From an uncultured candidatus Porisulfidus sp. (GTDB taxonomy: Bacteria; Pseudomonadota; Gammaproteobacteria; Poriferisulfidales; Poriferisulfidaceae), in the NCBI GenBank assembly GCA_965204575.1, contig OZ241993.1, forward strand, positions 320,001 through 384,000: 64,000 nucleotides of DNA, in the 5' to 3' direction. The position numbers and the translations under genes were made by a program. Shown here piece by piece: positions 18,176 through 27,464 of the stretch; the stretch's first letter is position 1, and each line of letters starts with the position of its first letter. The notes under the pieces are model-generated. The model made no database searches and was not told where the DNA came from. It saw nothing but the letters and a program-made list of their open reading frames with translations.

Positions 18176-18529
18176 TCATTTGGCGTTCAGGCATTCCACT
18201 TCCACCATCATCTGTTTCGACATCGGCATGCCGGAACCTGCGGTGTCGCTTTCCATCAGTTCGCTGGAAGACGGGCCGTACGGGATGAAGATCATCCCGT
18301 CTGGAAGATCCTCATCTTTGCGCGGCTTCCCGCATTCGACTTCCACCTTGCCGGTGGCACAGGACAGGCGTACTCGGTCTCCGGCGGAAAGGCCCAATTT
18401 ACGCATGGTGCTCTCGTTCATCTCGATGGTCGAGGTGACGGTCTGGTACTCTTCCTTGAGTTTCCCGGCATTCAGGGAGGTTCCCTGCTTGCTTGATCGC
18501 CCGGGTATCAGAATCATCTGTTCGGCCAC
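18176..18529 (-). CDS. fwdD: Formylmethanofuran dehydrogenase subunit D (pterin-dinucleotide binding)
   Basis: 117 aa; LIPGRSSKQG, GMIFIPYGP, DTAGSGMP.SK; first gene of the cluster. Confidence 0.88.
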   Translation of the reverse strand: MAEQMILIPGRSSKQGTSLNAGKLKEEYQTVTSTIEMNESTMRKLGLSAGDRVRLSCATGKVEVECGKPRKDEDLPDGMIFIPYGPSSSELMESDTAGSGMPMSKQMMVEVECLNAK

Positions 18530-18703
18530 TGGCGTATCCTGCCGTGGTTTTTATAGGGAAAGAGGATTATACCTTAGGGCTTCCGGGCCGGAATGCGCCG
18601 TATCCCGCTTTCCAGGCAGGCCATCCGCCATCAGCGGGGCCGGCGGGCGGTACCCCGCGCCCCGACCGGAACCTGCCTCGTTTTCCTGCCGCGGGGCTCC
18701 GCC

Positions 18704-21700
18704 CTACCAGCGGGAGCTCGACCGCAGCAGCACCGCGTGCTCCGGGGACCCGTCGATGTCCGTCCGGCGCACCATGTCGAGATGCGCCTCGAAGCCCGAA
18801 TCGTCCGGCACCGCCGACGTCAGACGCCAGCCGACCCGGTATTCCCGCATCCCGTCGACCACGCCCACGCCCGCGTTCGGCGTCCCGGTCAGGCCCCCCG
18901 GCATCGCCAGCCCGTAGCCGGCCTCGGCCCGCAGGCCCCGCGACGCCTCGAACTCCGCGCCCCCCGGCGCAACACCGCGCACGTCCCGCGCGCCCCACAG
19001 GCGCTCCGACGCGCTCGACGACGCCCCCAGCGTCGGCTGCAGCGAAAACGCCATCCCCCGACCCTGGGAGCCCGGATCCAGGCGCACCGCCGCGCTCGCA
19101 CCCCATTCCTCGTAGTCCGAGTCCGCATGCACCACCAGCATCCGCGCCTTCGCCTCCACGCTCAGCCCCGACCCCGGGTCCGCATAACTCATCCCCCCCC
19201 CCAACTCCACGCCGGTGCCGCTCTCCGCGTCGCCCCCGTCGTGCCGCAGGCCCAGCTCCAGCGACGGACGCAACGTCGCGCCCGAATCGAACTCCAGCGT
19301 CCGCGCCCCCTCCAGCGCCAGCCGCATCCGCAGGCTCTCCGCCTCCGTGTCCGACTCCCCCGACACCGCGTCCCAGCGGATGTGCGTGAAAAACGCGTCC
19401 GCCTTCAGCGCCAGGTCCAGGCCTCCGGACGCCCCGGCCTCCCGCAGCAGCCCGCGTGCGCCCAGCGCACCCAGCCGCATCGAAAGCCCGCTCCGGCTCA
19501 CCGACTGCACCCGGCCCAGCTCGACCCGCGCATCCTGGCGGATCCGCATCGAACCCACGCCCCAGCCGACCAGCGCCCAGGCTTCCACCTTCTCGCCCAG
19601 CTGCACGCGCGCGTAGGGACTCACCGTGGTCATCGTGCTCTCCATCTCTCCGGAGTCCACCCCCGGAACCGCGAAGCCGCCGCCGCCGTCGCTCCGGCTC
19701 AGCGCCACCCCCGCCAGCAGATGCGTCCACTGCGCGTCCGCCCCGAACACCCCGGTCACCACCTCGCCGTCCAGGCGCAACCGCCCGGCGTCTCCCGCCG
19801 CGCCGTCGAAGTTCCCGTCATGCGCCACCCGGCCCCAAGCCGAAAGCCCCGGGCCGCGACCGTCGCGCGGCACCGAGACATGGAACGCGCTCCCCCGCAA
19901 CAAATCCCGCGCCGACAGGCGCGATGCGCCCGACTGCGCCAGCCCGGCCAGCGCCGAACCCAGTTCCGCGCTCCCCGGCGACAGCGACTGCCCCGCCACC
20001 GTCACGTGCGCCCCCGGCGCCAGGCCCTCGAAGCGCTTCGACACCACCTCCGTCAACTGGCCCGCCACCGTGCGCCCGAAGCGCGACAGCCACGCCTTCT
20101 GCAGCGGGTCCTCGTTCACAATCAGGCCGGTCGCGCGCGCGTCCGCGATGCGCGCCCCCACCGCGTTCGACAGCGTCAGCGAAAACCGCTCCCGGCCCTC
20201 GTCCACCGCGTCGTCCAGGATCGACACCGATACCGTCTTCTCCGTCTCCCCCGGCGCGAAGCGAAGCGCCCCGCGCGCCGCCGCGTAGTCCGACCCCGCC
20301 GACGCCGTGCCGTCCGCCGTCGCGTAGTCCACCGTCACCGCCTCGGGCAACGCCCGGTTCAGCACCACCGAGAACGACACCGCCGCGTCGCGGCCTTCCC
20401 GCGCGCGACCGCCCTTCAGCTTCAGCTTCGCCGGCCCCGGCACCGACACGCTCACCGTGTTCGACAGCGACCGCCCCCCGGCCGTGCACACCGCGCCCGC
20501 CGTGCCGCAGTCGCGTCCGCCCGCCAGCGTCACCTCCACCTGCCGCTTCCAGTTGCGCGGCGCGACCTGCACCTGCCACAGCCCCGGCTCCACCGGATTC
20601 ACCGACTTCACCCGGCCCTTCGACACCGCGAAGGACGCCGCCTCCAGCACCGTCTCCAGCGGCTCGCCGAAACGCACCCGCAGCGAGAACGCCGTGCCGT
20701 CGTGCTCCTCCGGCACCGCCTCGAACGACGCCTCCAGCGCGCCGCCCTGGGCCGCCTCCGGCTCCGGGGGAGGCGTCCGGGTCACGACCTGCTCTTCTGT
20801 CGGCTCCGGCTCCGGCTCCGGCACTGCCACCGGCTCCGGCGCCTCGGTCACGTCGATGCGGTAGGTCGTCATGCCGCCCGCACCGCTCGCCATCACCCAC
20901 AACTCGGTCGCGCCGCCGTCCGGCGCGAGGCCCAGCGCCACCGCCGTCCCCGAGGGCCGCACCCGCACCGGGCGCGTGTAGCTCGCCGCGCCCCGGCGCG
21001 AGCCCGCGAACACGCTCGACTCGCCGCCCCAGCGCGGCGCCAGCGTCACCCCCGTCGTCCCCGCCGGCACCGACGCCCGGTACGACGTCACCCCCGGCGC
21101 AAACGCCGGGCTCAGCGCCACCGCCGACGAACCGGCCGACAGCGCGAGCCCGCACAGCGGCCCCGCCGACGACGCGCACGACAGGGCCGCCTCGACCGAC
21201 GCGTCCGGCGCCGCCGACGCCACGACCTTCGCCTCCGAGGTGTTCGACAGCACCCGCCCGTCCGGCGAGCACACCGCCCCGTCCGCGTCGCAGTCCCGAC
21301 CGCCCGCCAGCGTCACCGATACCGCCTTCTCCGCCGAGGCCGGCGCGATCCGCACCTGCCACAGCCCCGCATCGGTCTGCTCCACCGCCTCCACCCGGCC
21401 CTGCGACACCGTGAACGCCTCCGCCCGGAGCGTGCGGCTGTAACTCGTCCCCAGCACCTCGCTGAGGCGCACCCGGAACGCGAACGCCCCGCCGTCGTGC
21501 TCCTCCGGCACCGCCTCGAACGACGCCGTCAGCGCGTCGCCCTCGACCTCCGGCAGCGGCTCCTCGCCGCCCCGGTACGTATTCGTCTGCGGAACGCTCG
21601 ACGCCATCGTCCGGGCCCGGGATAGCGCCCAAGCTTCGTCGATAATCGTTATCGTCGTCGACGCGGCGGCCCCCACGCTGTAGAGCGGGTAGATGTCTCC

Positions 21701-22711
21701 AGGGTTTTTCACGTGGGCCAGGGTGAGGACGACGGTCTCGTCACTCTCCCTTTGCCGGGCATCTACTGTGGGGGTCAGGGTGAACCCCACCTCCGACACG
21801 CCGTTCGGCAACTTCAGGAAGTACTCGGTGCCTTCCTTCACCAGTCCCCCGATCCTGGCTATGAGGGCAGTGCTACCGCCGACTTCACCGAGTAAATAAT
21901 CATAATTGGGGCTGAGGGTGTAGTCGCTGGCGGTGGCCGTGCCGCCGATGCCGAGCTTGACGCGGGCCGATCTGGGCAGCGGCGGATTGATCGTCACCTT
22001 CACTCTCGCGGCGGGGGGGAACGGGGGGCCGTTCTTGACTCCCTCCTGGATCCGGCCATCCGGAATCCGCGGCCGGGTCTTTAGCGACGGATTCACCATG
22101 TCGCCGAACTGCACGACGCTACCCCCCTGGTACGCGACCGCGTTGGGACAGCTGGCGCGGATGCTCAGGGCCACGGTCTGGCCGCGCCGCCACCCCAGGT
22201 GCGCGAACCCGAAGATGGCGGAATTGCGACCGCCGTACTGCACCGCATCCCTGAACGCCAGCGCCCGGCTCCCGACGCACAGGCTCAGATCATCCAGCGC
22301 GGTCGTCACGTCACGGTTGAAGTTCATCGCGAAGTAGCCGTTGAGCGGGTTGTACCGGATCGCCAGGATCGTATAGGTGACCCCGCCGTGCACGAAGTCG
22401 TCGTCCGACAGCACGCTCGTGCTCGCGCAGTTCTCGTCGGCCTCCGGGACGAACGGGGAACTACTACTGCTAGAAACAGTAGGGTCGGTATATCTAGTGC
22501 TGCAGGCCGAGGCGGAGTCCTTGGTGTTCACCGACACCGTCAGATTCGCCGTCCAGACCTGCGACCAGGCCGGGGCGCCCGGCAGCAGCAGCGCGCCGAA
22601 CAGCGCGGGCAACAGCAGCAGGCGACCGGAAAGGCGCGGCCTCCGGGACGACGGCCCCGTCATGGCCGATTCCGTTTCGGGGGGGGGGGGGGGGCTTGAA
22701 ATCTGGCTCAT
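18704..22711 (-). CDS. Large autotransporter/adhesin with Calx-beta and Ig-like repeats
   Basis: AGGAG RBS, signal peptide (ALLLPGAPAWS), Calx-beta (VDYATADGTA.AGSDY, FAPGETEKTV, DDAVDEG), AWLSRFGRTVA linker, barrel (LRHDGGDAESG), terminal Trp. Confidence 0.88.
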   Translation of the reverse strand: MSQISSPPPPPETESAMTGPSSRRPRLSGRLLLLPALFGALLLPGAPAWSQVWTANLTVSVNTKDSASACSTRYTDPTVSSSSSSPFVPEADENCASTSVLSDDDFVHGGVTYTILAIRYNPLNGYFAMNFNRDVTTALDDLSLCVGSRALAFRDAVQYGGRNSAIFGFAHLGWRRGQTVALSIRASCPNAVAYQGGSVVQFGDMVNPSLKTRPRIPDGRIQEGVKNGPPFPPAARVKVTINPPLPRSARVKLGIGGTATASDYTLSPNYDYLLGEVGGSTALIARIGGLVKEGTEYFLKLPNGVSEVGFTLTPTVDARQRESDETVVLTLAHVKNPGDIYPLYSVGAAASTTITIIDEAWALSRARTMASSVPQTNTYRGGEEPLPEVEGDALTASFEAVPEEHDGGAFAFRVRLSEVLGTSYSRTLRAEAFTVSQGRVEAVEQTDAGLWQVRIAPASAEKAVSVTLAGGRDCDADGAVCSPDGRVLSNTSEAKVVASAAPDASVEAALSCASSAGPLCGLALSAGSSAVALSPAFAPGVTSYRASVPAGTTGVTLAPRWGGESSVFAGSRRGAASYTRPVRVRPSGTAVALGLAPDGGATELWVMASGAGGMTTYRIDVTEAPEPVAVPEPEPEPTEEQVVTRTPPPEPEAAQGGALEASFEAVPEEHDGTAFSLRVRFGEPLETVLEAASFAVSKGRVKSVNPVEPGLWQVQVAPRNWKRQVEVTLAGGRDCGTAGAVCTAGGRSLSNTVSVSVPGPAKLKLKGGRAREGRDAAVSFSVVLNRALPEAVTVDYATADGTASAGSDYAAARGALRFAPGETEKTVSVSILDDAVDEGRERFSLTLSNAVGARIADARATGLIVNEDPLQKAWLSRFGRTVAGQLTEVVSKRFEGLAPGAHVTVAGQSLSPGSAELGSALAGLAQSGASRLSARDLLRGSAFHVSVPRDGRGPGLSAWGRVAHDGNFDGAAGDAGRLRLDGEVVTGVFGADAQWTHLLAGVALSRSDGGGGFAVPGVDSGEMESTMTTVSPYARVQLGEKVEAWALVGWGVGSMRIRQDARVELGRVQSVSRSGLSMRLGALGARGLLREAGASGGLDLALKADAFFTHIRWDAVSGESDTEAESLRMRLALEGARTLEFDSGATLRPSLELGLRHDGGDAESGTGVELGGGMSYADPGSGLSVEAKARMLVVHADSDYEEWGASAAVRLDPGSQGRGMAFSLQPTLGASSSASERLWGARDVRGVAPGGAEFEASRGLRAEAGYGLAMPGGLTGTPNAGVGVVDGMREYRVGWRLTSAVPDDSGFEAHLDMVRRTDIDGSPEHAVLLRSSSRW
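20435..21540 (-). repeat. Two diverged ~100 aa domain repeats inside the autotransporter
   Basis: AL.ASFEAVPEEHDG.AF..RVR...GLWQV..AP...VTLAGGRDC...GAVC...GR.LSNT at about 21225-21540 and 20435-20742. Confidence 0.85.
22679..22694 (-). repeat. C16 homopolymer in the 5' coding region (G16 on + strand)
   Basis: 16 consecutive G on +, encoding SPPPPP about 6 codons after the ATG. Confidence 0.9.
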
Positions 22712-22852
22712 TGCGATGTCTCCTGGTCTCAGGTGCTTTGGAATCACTCGAGCGGGACGCGCCCGCGATACCAGATTAGATTGGTTTTTCACGGGCCGCA
22801 TCGCCAAAGCGGCTCTACTGTAGAGTCTATCACAAGTTGATGGACCGTTTAT

Positions 22853-24116
22853 CCCCGATCTCCGAGCTAACGCGATTTTGCAGGATTTTTGCCTGCCGCG
22901 GAGTGACGGCAAGAGGTTTTCAAGCGAGTGATGGCCGTTGCGGGGTGATTTCGCGCTTGACAGCGAAGGGTCCGCCCGGTTTTCGAGTTTTCGGCAGCTT
23001 GTCGCGCAGGGCTCCGCTCGCCGCTCAGGCGGCCCGTGCCAGGGTCGCAGCCGAACCGGTCGTCACGAAGTGTCGTAGGCCAGGAACCCGGCCATTCGGT
23101 CCAGCGCCTGCCGGACCCGCTGCACATGAGCCGTCTGGAACACCAGCCGCCGGTTGCGGGCATGCCGCACCACCTTGGCCACCAGGTGGACCCAGCACAG
23201 GCGCACCTGCTTCATCCGGGTCCACAGCCAGTCGCGTCCGAACGCGGCATGCCGCAGCAGCGCGTTGACGTTGGCCGACAGCACCGCCAGCTGCCACCAG
23301 GCGGCGTTCGCCCCGAACTTCCCCGACGGCATCATGCCGCCGGCCAGGTCCTGCTTGAGCACGGCGTGCACCTCTTCGCCATGCCCGCAGCGCTCGTGCG
23401 CGAAGCGCACCACCTCCGAGGCGGTCATCCCCAGGCCCGCCCCCTCCCCGGAGCGCCCCGGATACGGCAGGTTGGTCAGATAGACCCGGTAGCGGTACGC
23501 CGGACGCCCGGACCTCGCCGGCGTCTCGTCCGGGTTCACCCCCAACACGCCAGGCAAGACACGCCGGGTGCCGACATGGTGCAGCAGCTGCCCCCGCGAC
23601 TGCCGCGCGCCCCACGGCGAGACATAATCCAGGTCGGCGCATTCCAGTTCCGGCTCCGAGGCTCGCACCGGCTCCCACCACGACGCCGGCGCCACCCCCA
23701 GAAGCTCCGGCTCGTAGTCGCGCACCAGCCGGCACAGGCTGCGGTCCGCCTCCAGCGCGTCCACGTCCGAGACCCGCTCGTGACCGATCACGTTGAGCAG
23801 CAGCACGGTCAGCATCATCTGCCCGTCGCGCCAGCCCTGCGCCCCGGCCACCTGCACCGGAAGGGTCCGAAACGCCCCGCTGCGGCGCAGCAGCTCCAGC
23901 CACAGGACGGCCCCGCCACAGGCGCTGGTTCGACTCAGATTGGGGTCGCCCCCGATGGCGACCAAAGAGGAAAAATCAGACATATAATGAGACTCCCGGT
24001 TGGTTGTTTCCGGTTCACCCAATGGGTGAAACTTTTGCACCACCGATTTTAACCGTTTCACTCGGTTAAATAAGCACCAACCGGGACCCCACTCTCATTT
24101 AGCTCGGAGATCGGGG
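22853..24116 (-). mobile_element. IS1380-family element, internally deleted (1264 bp)
   Basis: Perfect 18 bp TIRs CCCCGATCTCCGAGCTAA (22853-70 and 24099-116); 5 bp direct repeat TTTAT (22848-52 and 24117-21). Confidence 0.9.
23063..23983 (-). pseudogene. IS1380-type transposase lacking the central DDE core
   Basis: N-terminal QGW.DGQ...LLLN..G...V.D...LEAD and C-terminal ERCG..EE.HAVLKQDLAGG..PSGKFGANAAWW present; LDxDAT and LRxD motifs absent; about 306 aa. Confidence 0.8.
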
Positions 24117-24244
24117 TTTATGAACGGGTTCGCGGGAGGATTGATCCCGCACGCCCGGGCCCGCCCAAAGCGGCCCGAATTCGCCCCTCCCCTGGAAGCG
24201 CGCCGGATTGCCATGCGCGGCAAGCGTCGGTCCCTCCCCGCATC

Positions 24245-24724
24245 TCAAGGCCGGTCCAGGTACTTGAAAACTCCGTATCCCGCCCTGCCGTTGGCCTCGT
24301 CCACCACGTACTCGACAGGAACGATTTGCAGTCCCTCCCATTTCGTGTATTCGGCGAAATGCAGGGTTTTAGCCAGAAAGATGCCGACGGCAATATCGCG
24401 AACCTCTCCCCGGGGCTCCCTCGCTTGAAAATAACAGTCGTATCCCGATGTGAACGTGGAATCCGATGGTTGGAAAATATTTGAAAGGTGCATCAGGACA
24501 TCTGATTTCTTTTCGATCTTTACGGAGGATTCCCGGTAATCCATCGCATGGTTCCTGGAATATTTCCGGGCGAAATTCTCGCAATACCCCAACACGGTTA
24601 AACGGCTTCGCGAATCGACGGATTTTTCCTTTTCGGCCCACACGATGCCCCCGCCGCCGATCCCGTAACCCGCAAGGAGAAGAATCAGGAAGCAACGGTT
24701 CAAACAGGTCTTTCTCATCGGCAT
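24245..24724 (-). CDS. Hypothetical exported protein
   Basis: Basic N-terminus and hydrophobic stretch ending VWA; about 159 aa; no family recognised. Confidence 0.6.
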   Translation of the reverse strand: MPMRKTCLNRCFLILLLAGYGIGGGGIVWAEKEKSVDSRSRLTVLGYCENFARKYSRNHAMDYRESSVKIEKKSDVLMHLSNIFQPSDSTFTSGYDCYFQAREPRGEVRDIAVGIFLAKTLHFAEYTKWEGLQIVPVEYVVDEANGRAGYGVFKYLDRP

Positions 24725-24801
24725 CGGACACCCTGCTGGTTCAACGGTTTTGCCGACTCGGCACAGCAACAGCCCTCAAGGGCACACCACCGACCCGTGC
24801 A

Positions 24802-25974
24802 TCAGCGATCGAGCGGCGTGGCATGGCGTACCGCGAACCAGCCGATCAGCATGCCGGTCAAGGCGATGGCGGCGGCGGCATGGAACGTCGCGGTCGAACC
24901 CAGGTCGTCCCAGACCAAGCCGCTCAACAAGCTGCCAAGCGCAGCGCCCACGCCGAAATTGAGTGACGAATACAGTGCCTGGCCCCGGCTTTGCAGCCGC
25001 CCGGGGAACAATCGGTGAATCAACTGCACCGACACGGCATGGTAAAGCCCGTAGGTCGCCGCATGCAGGAACTGGGTGGCCAGAATCACGACCCAAAACT
25101 CCGGGAAATTCCCCAACACGACCCAGCGAATGGCCGCGAGGGCAAAAGCCAGCGCGAACAGGTTGCGGGCAGGGTGATGTGCGAGATAACGGCTGAAGAA
25201 CAGGAATACCAGAATCTCTCCGAACACGCCCACCGACCACAGCACGGCCAGGCCCTGGATCGGGTAACCGTGCCCTTCCAGATAGATGGAGAAAAACGTA
25301 TAGAACGGCCCGTGGCTGAGTTGCATCAGGACGAATGCCGCCAAAAGCCCCAGCACGGCCGGATGGCGCAACAGGTTGGCCAAGTTGATGTGCGCCGGGT
25401 GACTTCGCTTCTGCGGCCGGCTCGTCAGCGTCAGGGTGGTCAGCCACAGGCCGAAGTGGCAGATGAACAAACTCAGCGGAACCAGCCACCAGATATCGCC
25501 CTCGACACCGAACAATACCGTCGACAGCGTCAGGCAGGCGAAGACAAAGCCCATGGATCCCCACAGCCGGACCCGCGTGTAGGAATAGCGCCGGTCGGTC
25601 TGGTGCTCGAGGTGGGTCAGCGTAAGGCCTTCGACCAGGGGCAGCGAGGCATACCAGAAGAAGCTGAACAGCATCAGCAACGGGATCATTCCGTAAAAAC
25701 TGGTCACCCATTGCAGGCCCAGCGTTCCCGCCGCGCCCCCCAATGCAGCCAGCTGGATCAGCCAAATCCGCCGTTCCGTGCGATCCGCCAGCCAGCCCCA
25801 GAGATTCGGCGCGACAATGCCGAGCGCCATCACCACCGCCACCAGTTGCCCGATTTCAACCGCGCTGAAGCCGAGGAACTTCAGATACAGCGGCCAAAAC
25901 GGCAGGAAAACGCCCAAGGAGGCGAAATAGAAAAAATAAAAGCCGGAAAACCGGGCAAACAGGAGAGGGGTCAC
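24802..25974 (-). CDS. MFS transporter (HcaT/MFS_1-like)
   Basis: YFFYFASLGVFLPFWPLYL, WGWLADR, RVRLWGSMGF, QFLHAATYG, GQALYS. Confidence 0.9.
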   Translation of the reverse strand: MTPLLFARFSGFYFFYFASLGVFLPFWPLYLKFLGFSAVEIGQLVAVVMALGIVAPNLWGWLADRTERRIWLIQLAALGGAAGTLGLQWVTSFYGMIPLLMLFSFFWYASLPLVEGLTLTHLEHQTDRRYSYTRVRLWGSMGFVFACLTLSTVLFGVEGDIWWLVPLSLFICHFGLWLTTLTLTSRPQKRSHPAHINLANLLRHPAVLGLLAAFVLMQLSHGPFYTFFSIYLEGHGYPIQGLAVLWSVGVFGEILVFLFFSRYLAHHPARNLFALAFALAAIRWVVLGNFPEFWVVILATQFLHAATYGLYHAVSVQLIHRLFPGRLQSRGQALYSSLNFGVGAALGSLLSGLVWDDLGSTATFHAAAAIALTGMLIGWFAVRHATPLDR

Positions 25975-25985
25975 GTGCCGCAGGC

Positions 25986-27065
25986 CTAGGGGGCATCAAC
26001 CTCCACGTCTCCACACTGGGCTCGATGACGCAGGGCCTGATCCATCAGGGTCAGGGCCAGCATGGCCTCGGCAATCGGTACGGCACGCAACCCGACGCAG
26101 GGATCATGGCGCCCCTTGGTCACCACCTCGGTCGCTTCTCCCTGCCGATCGATCGTGCGCCCGGGAATCCGGATGCTCGAGGTGGGCTTGAAAGCCAAGG
26201 CGACCCTCAGATCCTGGCCGGAACTCAGCCCCCCCAGGGTCCCGCCCGAGTGATTGGACAGGAAACCTTCCGGCGTGATCTCGTCACGGTGCTCGCTTCC
26301 GCGCTGTTCGACGACGGCGAAACCATCGCCGATTTCCACCGCCTTGACCGCGTTGATGCTCATCATCGCCTGGGCCACCATGGCATCCAGTCGTTCAAAG
26401 ACCGGCTCTCCCCAGCCGACCGGCAGGCCCGTCGCCTCCACTTCCACCCGGGCTCCGACCGAGTCGCCCGCCTTGCGCAACTCGTCCATGAAGCTCTCCA
26501 GCCCGGCAAGCTTGCCGGGCTCCGGGAAGAAGAACGGGTTGGCCTCGACCGCCTCCCACTCCGTCGTCTCGGCACGAATCGGGCCGACCTGCCGCACGCA
26601 TCCGCGGATCGTGACACCGCAGCGCTCGCGCAGCCATTTCCGGGCCACCGCCCCGGCAGCCACCCGGGTCGCCGTCTCCCGGGCGGAAGCCCGCCCACCG
26701 CCGCAATAGTCGCGGATGCCGTACTTGCGCTGGTAGGTATAGTCCGCATGCCCCGGCCGGAACAGGTCGCGCAACTCCGAATAGTCCTTGGACCGGGCAT
26801 CCTGGTTCTCGATCAGCAGCGCGATGGGAGTCCCGGTCGTCTTGCCTTCGAAGACTCCGGACAGGATCTTTACCTGGTCCGGTTCCCGCCTCTGGCTGGT
26901 ATGGCGGGTCTGGCCGGGCCGGCGGCGGTCCAGGTCGTGCTGCAGGTCCGATTCCTGCAAGGCCAGTTGTGGCGGGCAACCATCGATGATGCAGCCGATG
27001 GCAGGGCCATGGCTTTCACCGAATGAAGTCACGGCAAACAAGGTGCCGAAAGTGTTGCCTGCCAT
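25986..27065 (-). CDS. aroC: Chorismate synthase
   Basis: [45 protein letters not shown]. Confidence 0.98.
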   Translation of the reverse strand: MAGNTFGTLFAVTSFGESHGPAIGCIIDGCPPQLALQESDLQHDLDRRRPGQTRHTSQRREPDQVKILSGVFEGKTTGTPIALLIENQDARSKDYSELRDLFRPGHADYTYQRKYGIRDYCGGGRASARETATRVAAGAVARKWLRERCGVTIRGCVRQVGPIRAETTEWEAVEANPFFFPEPGKLAGLESFMDELRKAGDSVGARVEVEATGLPVGWGEPVFERLDAMVAQAMMSINAVKAVEIGDGFAVVEQRGSEHRDEITPEGFLSNHSGGTLGGLSSGQDLRVALAFKPTSSIRIPGRTIDRQGEATEVVTKGRHDPCVGLRAVPIAEAMLALTLMDQALRHRAQCGDVEVDAP

Positions 27066-27200
27066 GATGGCGTCGGATTGTACACTGCGCCTCCGCAGAC
27101 AGACAGAAAAGGGAATTCAGGAGGAAGTCTGAAACGGGTTTCTTGACATTCGACTTGAAATGTGATTAGTGTACTATGCGCACTCACAACGGAGATTGCT

Positions 27201-27455
27201 ATGACTGATACAAGCGCGGAACTGGAAAAAAATCGTGCGACTTACGAGTCGATGAAAGATGAATTAGAACGTAATCATCTTGGCCGTGTTGCGCTTTTTC
27301 ACGACGGCGAATTGGTCGACATATACAATGATGCGGAAGATGCTTATACAGCAGGCAAGTCAACGTACGGTCTAGGCCACTTCACCACTCAAACCATTGG
27401 GGAACCGCCCATTCATTTGGGGATCCTCACCCTTGGGATGAGTGCAAGAGTTTAA
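27201..27455 (+). CDS. Small protein, DUF5678-like
   Basis: 84 aa; ELERNHLGRVALFHDGELVD...DAY.AG...YG; GGAG RBS. Confidence 0.6.
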   Translation: MTDTSAELEKNRATYESMKDELERNHLGRVALFHDGELVDIYNDAEDAYTAGKSTYGLGHFTTQTIGEPPIHLGILTLGMSARV

Positions 27456-27464
27456 ACAACACAC

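Noticed and set aside
18540-18700. Secondary IS1380 end implying ISEcp1-like capture of the adhesin
   Set aside because: No convincing TIR match, and the TTTAT duplication flanks only the IS itself
18593-21625. 1010 aa plus-strand ORF and other long ORFs over the autotransporter
   Set aside because: Arg/Pro/Ala-rich shadow frames caused by extreme GC and codon bias; the minus-strand frame has recognisable domains
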